Of a DNA stretch of 64,000 nt, positions 58,992 to 64,000 are shown piece by piece. The notes beneath the pieces are model-generated. The model was given only the letters and a program-made list of their open reading frames with translations, made no database searches and was not told where the DNA came from. The stretch is from NCBI GenBank assembly GCA_949051815.1, contig CARQVR010000006.1:30858-94857 (forward strand), in the 5' to 3' direction. Both the position numbers and the translations under genes were made by a program. Numbering within the stretch: position 1 is the first letter of the stretch; every line of letters starts with the position of its first letter. This DNA is from an uncultured Lachnospiraceae bacterium. Its GTDB lineage: Bacteria > Bacillota > Clostridia > Lachnospirales > Lachnospiraceae.

Positions 58992-59879
58992 ATGGCAAAA
59001 GAAATCAAATGGAACGACCGCTTTAACGTAGGTGTGGACAGCATTGACAGCGCCCACAAAAAACTGTTTTCCATCGTTGGAAAGCTGATCGCCCTCAATG
59101 AGGACGAGGCCAAGCAGCAGCACGCATGCCGGGAGGGCATCAAATATTTCAAAAACTATACCATGAAGCATTTTGCCGACGAGGAAGCCTACATGCAGTC
59201 CATCGGCTATCCCGGACTTGCCGTACATAAACGTCTGCATGACAGCCTGCGGGATAAGACAATTCCTGCTCTGGAGGCGGAGATGGAGGCACAGGATTAC
59301 TCCACCGAATCGGTGGGACATTTTCTCGGTATCTGTGTGGGCTGGCTAAACGGCCACATTATTGTCGAGGATCGCGCCATCACAGGCAAGAACCCGCACA
59401 AATGGGTGCACCAGACGGATGAGAGTGAGCAGGAAAGTGTGGAAAAAGCGCTTGTGCAGGGGCTTGAGAATCTCGCGCAGACAAGCGCGGAAGTTATAAG
59501 CCGCCATTACAGCGGGGTGGAATTTTCCACAGGAAAAACGCTCTGTTTCCGCCTGACTTACCGGACGCAGGAAAAGAACCCCATCCGTATCTATCTGGTT
59601 TATGAAGAATCGCTGGTTTTGCATACGCTCAGTGAAATTCTGGGAAAGGACATACACAGAATCGACCAGACGGTCATCACCGCCATGAAACTTTTGTCCG
59701 AACAGTTTATCAGCCGCTTAAAGACGCATTTTCCTGACACCGTCCGCGGCACTTTAGAGCGAAACGACATGCTGACCTTTGAGCAGTTCGTCCGCACATT
59801 CGACAAAGAATATCCGCCCTACAGTCTGCTTCTCAGTACGGAGGGAAAGGGATATTTTGCGTTCTGCGCACAGGTGTAA
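58992..59879 (+). CDS. Bacteriohemerythrin-domain protein with extra C-terminal domain
   Basis: W...FNVG...ID..HKKL, HFADEEAYM, HKRLH, WL..HI..ED. Confidence 0.88.
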   Translation: MAKEIKWNDRFNVGVDSIDSAHKKLFSIVGKLIALNEDEAKQQHACREGIKYFKNYTMKHFADEEAYMQSIGYPGLAVHKRLHDSLRDKTIPALEAEMEAQDYSTESVGHFLGICVGWLNGHIIVEDRAITGKNPHKWVHQTDESEQESVEKALVQGLENLAQTSAEVISRHYSGVEFSTGKTLCFRLTYRTQEKNPIRIYLVYEESLVLHTLSEILGKDIHRIDQTVITAMKLLSEQFISRLKTHFPDTVRGTLERNDMLTFEQFVRTFDKEYPPYSLLLSTEGKGYFAFCAQV

Positions 59880-59900
59880 ATTTTGTGTTTTATTCACATA

Positions 59901-59944
59901 AAGGCATCGCCGAATCATCAAATCATCCGATTCGGCGATGCCTT
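59901..59944. terminator. Stem-loop between convergent genes
   Basis: Perfect 16-bp IR AAGGCATCGCCGAATC / GATTCGGCGATGCCTT. Confidence 0.75.
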
Positions 59945-60000
59945 CGCTTCATTCGCCAAATGCTCATGCAGGCACGGCACCTGACTCATTGTTCGCGTAA

Positions 60001-61287
60001 TTATTCTGTATATCTGTATCTTCGCAAGACCCGGCCGAATCCCAGGCAGATCACCACCCCGAGCACGCCCAGAATAAACATCATCATCGCCGCGCCCGAT
60101 CCTTTCCCCTCGCCAAACAATCTGACAAGCGCACCCTGCGAAGGCGCCTGCGCCATCACCGGCTCGCAGAAATGATCTACCATAAAACCGCCCAGAGACA
60201 AGCCGATCGGAATGGTAAAAAATTGCAGCGTATTTCTGCAGGAATACACCCGTCCCTGCATGTCAAGCGGAATCGTCGTCCGCAGAATCACGTCCAAGTT
60301 CGCGCTCATCACAGGCACCAGAAGCCAGCCGATGATCTGTCCTATGCACCAAAGCACAGGACTATTGGTAAATGCCAGAATAAAGTTCTCCGTCCCCAGA
60401 GAAAACAGCATCGTCAGATAAATCACACGAATGCGGTTTTTCGGCGCAGGCAGCGCCGTCACAATCAGACTGCCAAATAACATGGCAATTCCCGCGCAGG
60501 AAGTAACGATTCCCAAAACCGCCTCGCCGCCGTTTTTCCTCGGCAGAATCAGTGCCGGAAGGACCGCGTCAAACGCCGACGCCACGAGATTGACCCCCGC
60601 CAGAAACAAAATCAGTACGAGCACCAATTCATTTTTCCGAAGGCAGACAAGCCCCGCTCTGACCGTCTCCAAAAATGATTCCTTCTCCGCCTCTTCCTTC
60701 TTTTCCGGCACAGAGAGCTTCACCCCGAACAACAGTGCAAGAAACGCAATCGCGAACGTGGTCAGATCCACATAAATGACGATATCCATCCCCGCAAAGG
60801 CATACAATGCCGTGGCCAGAACCGGATTTAATATAGTCACAAGCGATGCGGAAAGCGACCGCAGACCGCTCGTCTTCTGGTAATATTCTTTCGGCGTGAT
60901 CATGGTCATCGCCACGTCGCTTGCAGGCTGCTGCACGGTATTCATCAGTCCGGTCAGCGCATTCAGGATGTACATGTGGACAGGCAGCAGAAGATCTGCC
61001 TTTAGCAAAAAAAGGACAGCCACAGAACAGCATGCCGCCAGCGTATCGCAGACGAGCATTACCTTTTTCTTGTCCCACCTGTCGCTGAGTGCGCCCGCGA
61101 AAATGCTCATCACCACATAGGGCGCATAGCTGCACACCGCCAGAAGCGCCGTCTGCAGCGCAGACCCTGTCTTCTCATAGAGCCACAGCGTGAGCGCAAA
61201 TCCTGTCATGGCGCTGCCAAGCTGCGACAGAGACTGGGTACTCCACAGTATCAGAAACATGTTTAAATCTTTGATATATTTTTTCAT
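60001..61287 (-). CDS. MFS efflux transporter (Mef/DHA3-like)
   Basis: LWSTQSLSQLGS, GALSDRWDKKKVM, QGRVYS; about 12 TMs. Start moved to MKKYI. Confidence 0.88.
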   Translation of the reverse strand: MKKYIKDLNMFLILWSTQSLSQLGSAMTGFALTLWLYEKTGSALQTALLAVCSYAPYVVMSIFAGALSDRWDKKKVMLVCDTLAACCSVAVLFLLKADLLLPVHMYILNALTGLMNTVQQPASDVAMTMITPKEYYQKTSGLRSLSASLVTILNPVLATALYAFAGMDIVIYVDLTTFAIAFLALLFGVKLSVPEKKEEAEKESFLETVRAGLVCLRKNELVLVLILFLAGVNLVASAFDAVLPALILPRKNGGEAVLGIVTSCAGIAMLFGSLIVTALPAPKNRIRVIYLTMLFSLGTENFILAFTNSPVLWCIGQIIGWLLVPVMSANLDVILRTTIPLDMQGRVYSCRNTLQFFTIPIGLSLGGFMVDHFCEPVMAQAPSQGALVRLFGEGKGSGAAMMMFILGVLGVVICLGFGRVLRRYRYTE

Positions 61288-61320
61288 TTTTCCTTTGCTC
61301 CTTTGATTTGATTCACAACC

Positions 61321-61384
61321 AAAAATGCAAAGGCTGAGGACCGGCTTTGCAGCTTTCCTCCATGCAATGTCCTCATCCCTTGCA
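61321..61384 (-). terminator. Attenuator stem with U-tract in the MFS leader
   Basis: TGCAAGGGATGAGGAC pairs with GTCCTCAGCCTTTGCA (15/16) followed by TTTTT. A competing CTCCATGCAA/TTGCATGGAG stem is present. Confidence 0.65.
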
Positions 61385-61417
61385 TGGAGCGTAAGCAATG
61401 CACAACACGAGCGGCAT
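61373..61417 (-). CDS. Putative leader peptide MPLVLCIAYAPCKG
   Basis: Strong RBS AAAGGAGGT 7 nt before ATG. The 14-codon ORF ends inside the attenuator stem. Confidence 0.6.
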   Translation of the reverse strand: MPLVLCIAYAPCKG

Positions 61418-61492
61418 TTTGGCCACCTCCTTTTTTAAAATCTTTGCTTCCCGTTTTCCTGTTTCATATAAATATCCCCGGAAGCGGAACGT

Positions 61493-61975
61493 TCAAAGTG
61501 CTTTCCGGATCGTCCCCCACGCCTCCACGAGGCGTTCCAGAGAATACCCTGCATTGGCCGGGCTGGTGGACGGTAAGGAAACCGCCTCCCGTCCGTTCAA
61601 AGGATAAATATATTTCTGGTAGAGCTGGTACGCCTTTCCGCCATTCGTACAGATCATGCGGATGTCCGCACTGTCCAGAATCAGATGCAGATCGTTGGGC
61701 GTCACATCCCGGATACTGGCGTCCGAAGAGCCTGTGATCTCACAGCTTGCGATCACATCCCACACTGCGATATGGTGTGATAAAAGCATCTTCCTTTTCT
61801 GCTCCACAGTCTCCGGCACCGCACAGGCAAGCACCTGCGCCATCACGCGCCAGAAGCGGTTCTGCTTATGGCCATAGAAAAACTGCTGCTCTCTCGATTT
61901 CACCGAGGGAAAACTGCCCAGTATTAAAATTTTGGAATGCTCATCGTAGAGCGGTGGGATCGGGTGGGAAAGCAT
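61493..61975 (-). CDS. Uracil-DNA glycosylase superfamily protein (hypoxanthine/deoxyinosine DNA glycosylase type)
   Basis: ILILGSFPSVKS, YGH..NRFW, WDVI, SSDASI, LPSTSPAN. Confidence 0.85.
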   Translation of the reverse strand: MLSHPIPPLYDEHSKILILGSFPSVKSREQQFFYGHKQNRFWRVMAQVLACAVPETVEQKRKMLLSHHIAVWDVIASCEITGSSDASIRDVTPNDLHLILDSADIRMICTNGGKAYQLYQKYIYPLNGREAVSLPSTSPANAGYSLERLVEAWGTIRKAL

Positions 61976-62014
61976 TGGGGACTCCTTCTAAAAATACAAC
62001 TATCATTTACATTT

Positions 62015-62428
62015 TCATTCCAGCGATGTCAGATACTTTCCTACCATCTCCACCACTTCTTCCGCCGTCTCAAGCTGTTCCTTTGCGTCTTCTACAGAAA
62101 CGATATAGAAGTCATCATAATCACTGGCATGCCGTACTTCCTGCGCTCTGCTGATTTTCCTGCTGATTTCCTTTGGAAAAATTCCGCTGTGCACAAAATC
62201 TTTATTAAAAGCTCCTATTGTCTGCCCATGCTGCTTATACGCTTTAAATTCCAACGCAAGACACGCGGATATCGCCCTGAATATGGCATAATAGGCTCTG
62301 TTATTGGAAGTTCTGTACTGTCCTTTTTCAAAATTGAATCGGGCCGCCTCCAAATCTTCTCTGGCCGTATTCATTCTGTAAAAAGCCAGTTCCCTTGCAC
62401 CGCCTTTATCATCCAGCTCAAGTTGCAT
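62015..62428 (-). CDS. HEPN-domain protein
   Basis: NRAYYAIF, HGQTIGAF...FV, RHASDY. Confidence 0.85.
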   Translation of the reverse strand: MQLELDDKGGARELAFYRMNTAREDLEAARFNFEKGQYRTSNNRAYYAIFRAISACLALEFKAYKQHGQTIGAFNKDFVHSGIFPKEISRKISRAQEVRHASDYDDFYIVSVEDAKEQLETAEEVVEMVGKYLTSLE

Positions 62429-62756
62429 ATAACTCCACCCCCTCCTTTTTTACATTATAGTAAAACGGATAGGCGCGAAGCCACTTATTGAAATGATCAA
62501 TATTTTTCACAATCGGCATAATATTCAAGTCGTAATCATAATCGTATTCAAAGGTCATTTTGGAAAGTCGGCGGTCCTCCTGCCTGATCTCCTGATCGTT
62601 TAAACCCACCAGTATCATAATGTCAATATCCGAATCCGGACGGAAATCTCCTCTGGCATAAGATCCATATAAAATGACCGTTTTTAAGTGACTGCCATAC
62701 AGTTTCCTGACATCTTCCACATATTTTTTCAATACATCCTGTATGCTCTGCGGCAT
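62418..62756 (-). CDS. Minimal nucleotidyltransferase (MNT)
   Basis: ILYGSYARGD...DSDIDI. Overlaps the HEPN start. Confidence 0.88.
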   Translation of the reverse strand: MPQSIQDVLKKYVEDVRKLYGSHLKTVILYGSYARGDFRPDSDIDIMILVGLNDQEIRQEDRRLSKMTFEYDYDYDLNIMPIVKNIDHFNKWLRAYPFYYNVKKEGVELYAT

Positions 62757-62875
62757 TTCCTCCCCTCCTTCCAAATTCTAATGAGCATTGTCCCGTTTCA
62801 AACTTTATTATATCTTATTCTCAAATACTATCTTCTTCGACTGTCTGCATCTATTCTACCACATCAGCACAGCCG

Positions 62876-63769
62876 TTACAAACACATCCGCCCAAACAAC
62901 GCCTCCATCTCCTCCGCCGGAACCGTGCACCCATGCTGCCCGACCGCAATAGCCGGTTTTGTCTTCCCGTGGTAGTCGCTGCCGCAGGTGACAAACACAT
63001 GATGCGCCCTTGCCGCCCTGTCAAACAGCGCCGCCTGCTCTGTGCTGTGATAGCTGGAAAACGCCTCTATGCCGTCAATCCCAAGCTGCATAATATCCTC
63101 CAGCAAAAACTCCCTCCCTTTCAGATTCACGCCGGGGTGCGCGAGAACCGCCACACCGCCTCCCTGGTGGATCGTGTCGATGATCTCCTCCATCGTCGGA
63201 TAGACTGTCTGCACATAGCACGGTTTTCCCTGCGCATAGTAATCCCAATAGAAATTGACGTAAGGATTATCGCTTCTTGCCCCGCCGGGTCTGTACGGTT
63301 TTAAAAGGGGATGCGCCTCATACTCAGGCATCGCCAGCAAAACCTCGGCAAACATTTCCCCCGTCCAGCATCTTTTCCAATAGCTGTTTTCCGATACCGC
63401 CAGCATATCCCCTTCCGTAATACGGGAAAACCCTGACGCCCGCGTTTTTTCCAGCCTTTCCAGCGAAGCCTGCGCGCTCTGGTCCGCCACATTCTTTTCG
63501 ACTGCCTCAAAGCCGCTGTCCAGATAGTCAATACCATACCCGAGTACGTGAAAATTTATGTTCTCACAGGTGCAGTCAATCTCGATGCCGGGAATATACC
63601 GTATGCCCTTTTCCTTCGCTGCCCTCTGCGCCTCCTCATTCGCTTTCGCGCAGTTATGATCTGTCACCGACATCATACGGACGCCCGCTCTTTCGCATTT
63701 CTCCACCAGCTCAGACGGGGTGTACTCCCCGTCGTCGCTGTATCTGCTGTGCATGTGTAAATCAATCAT
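62876..63769 (-). CDS. PHP-domain phosphoesterase (TrpH/YciV-like)
   Basis: DLHMHS..SDDG, TDHN, GIEI, HVLGY, LAHPG, GSDYHG. Confidence 0.88.
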   Translation of the reverse strand: MIDLHMHSRYSDDGEYTPSELVEKCERAGVRMMSVTDHNCAKANEEAQRAAKEKGIRYIPGIEIDCTCENINFHVLGYGIDYLDSGFEAVEKNVADQSAQASLERLEKTRASGFSRITEGDMLAVSENSYWKRCWTGEMFAEVLLAMPEYEAHPLLKPYRPGGARSDNPYVNFYWDYYAQGKPCYVQTVYPTMEEIIDTIHQGGGVAVLAHPGVNLKGREFLLEDIMQLGIDGIEAFSSYHSTEQAALFDRAARAHHVFVTCGSDYHGKTKPAIAVGQHGCTVPAEEMEALFGRMCL

Positions 63770-63862
63770 GCCTGCCCTCCCGTTTTATCCACACGCATAT
63801 CCCACCGCATTTGCATGTTTTCCTTTATCAGAAGCATACCATTAACTGATGCCCTTCACAAC

Positions 63863-64000
63863 TCATTTGCGCACATAGATGATCCCAAGCTGCCCCTTAA
63901 TCACCTTCACCGCAGAGCGGTACACCGCATAAATCACCCCGCCGATTGCCACCGTTATACACAGACAGGCGCCTATTGCCACCCACTCTGTCCCAGTAAT
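63863..64000 (-). CDS. 3' end of a membrane protein (runs off window end)
   Basis: Open frame ...WVAIGACLCITVAIGGVIYAVYRSAVKVIKGQLGIIYVRK-stop. Confidence 0.5.
   Translation of the reverse strand: MTGTEWVAIGACLCITVAIGGVIYAVYRSAVKVIKGQLGIIYVRK

Noticed and set aside
1..64000. Prophage, IS, integrase, retron/DGR, tRNA or rRNA
   Set aside because: No recombinase, transposase, reverse transcriptase or phage motifs in the ORF track, and no cloverleaf or rRNA-like sequence noticed in intergenic gaps.

Overview
About 64 kb of chromosomal DNA from a Clostridia-type bacterium. The gene set, S-box riboswitch and promoter style suggest Lachnospiraceae, which is an inference. About 52 CDS are supported, mostly on the minus strand. 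Core genes are the dnaE 5' part, metK with a SAM-I riboswitch, murA, galE and sstT. They are interleaved with two two-component/ABC efflux modules, two amino-acid ABC systems, an MCP, a MATE pair, a PocR hybrid kinase with hemerythrin, and an MNT-HEPN pair. I saw no tRNA, rRNA, CRISPR array, transposase or phage gene. The best candidates for undescribed biology are: (1) an apparent five-gene envelope-to-cyclic-nucleotide operon (secreted acidic-repeat protein, FecR-like protein, CHASE2 adenylate cyclase, endonuclease-IV-fold metalloenzyme, GAF/HD-GYP); (2) a ~95-nt sRNA candidate behind four phased response-regulator boxes, carrying anti-AUG and anti-SD segments like streptococcal csRNAs; (3) a nucleoside-type ABC importer with ADP-ribosylglycohydrolase, ribokinase and an ureidoglycolate-lyase-like gene opposite a LacI-PfkB fusion; (4) a MotB-less mini-MotA coupled to a membrane-anchored LuxR with its own operator; (5) a naturally circularly permuted amino-acid binding protein lacking the carboxylate-binding Arg; (6) a leader-peptide attenuator upstream of a Mef-like MFS pump; (7) a dispersed palindromic repeat family whose copies keep structure while changing sequence. 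All protein assignments come from motif recognition by eye, with no database searches. Several starts were moved to RBS-supported ATGs.
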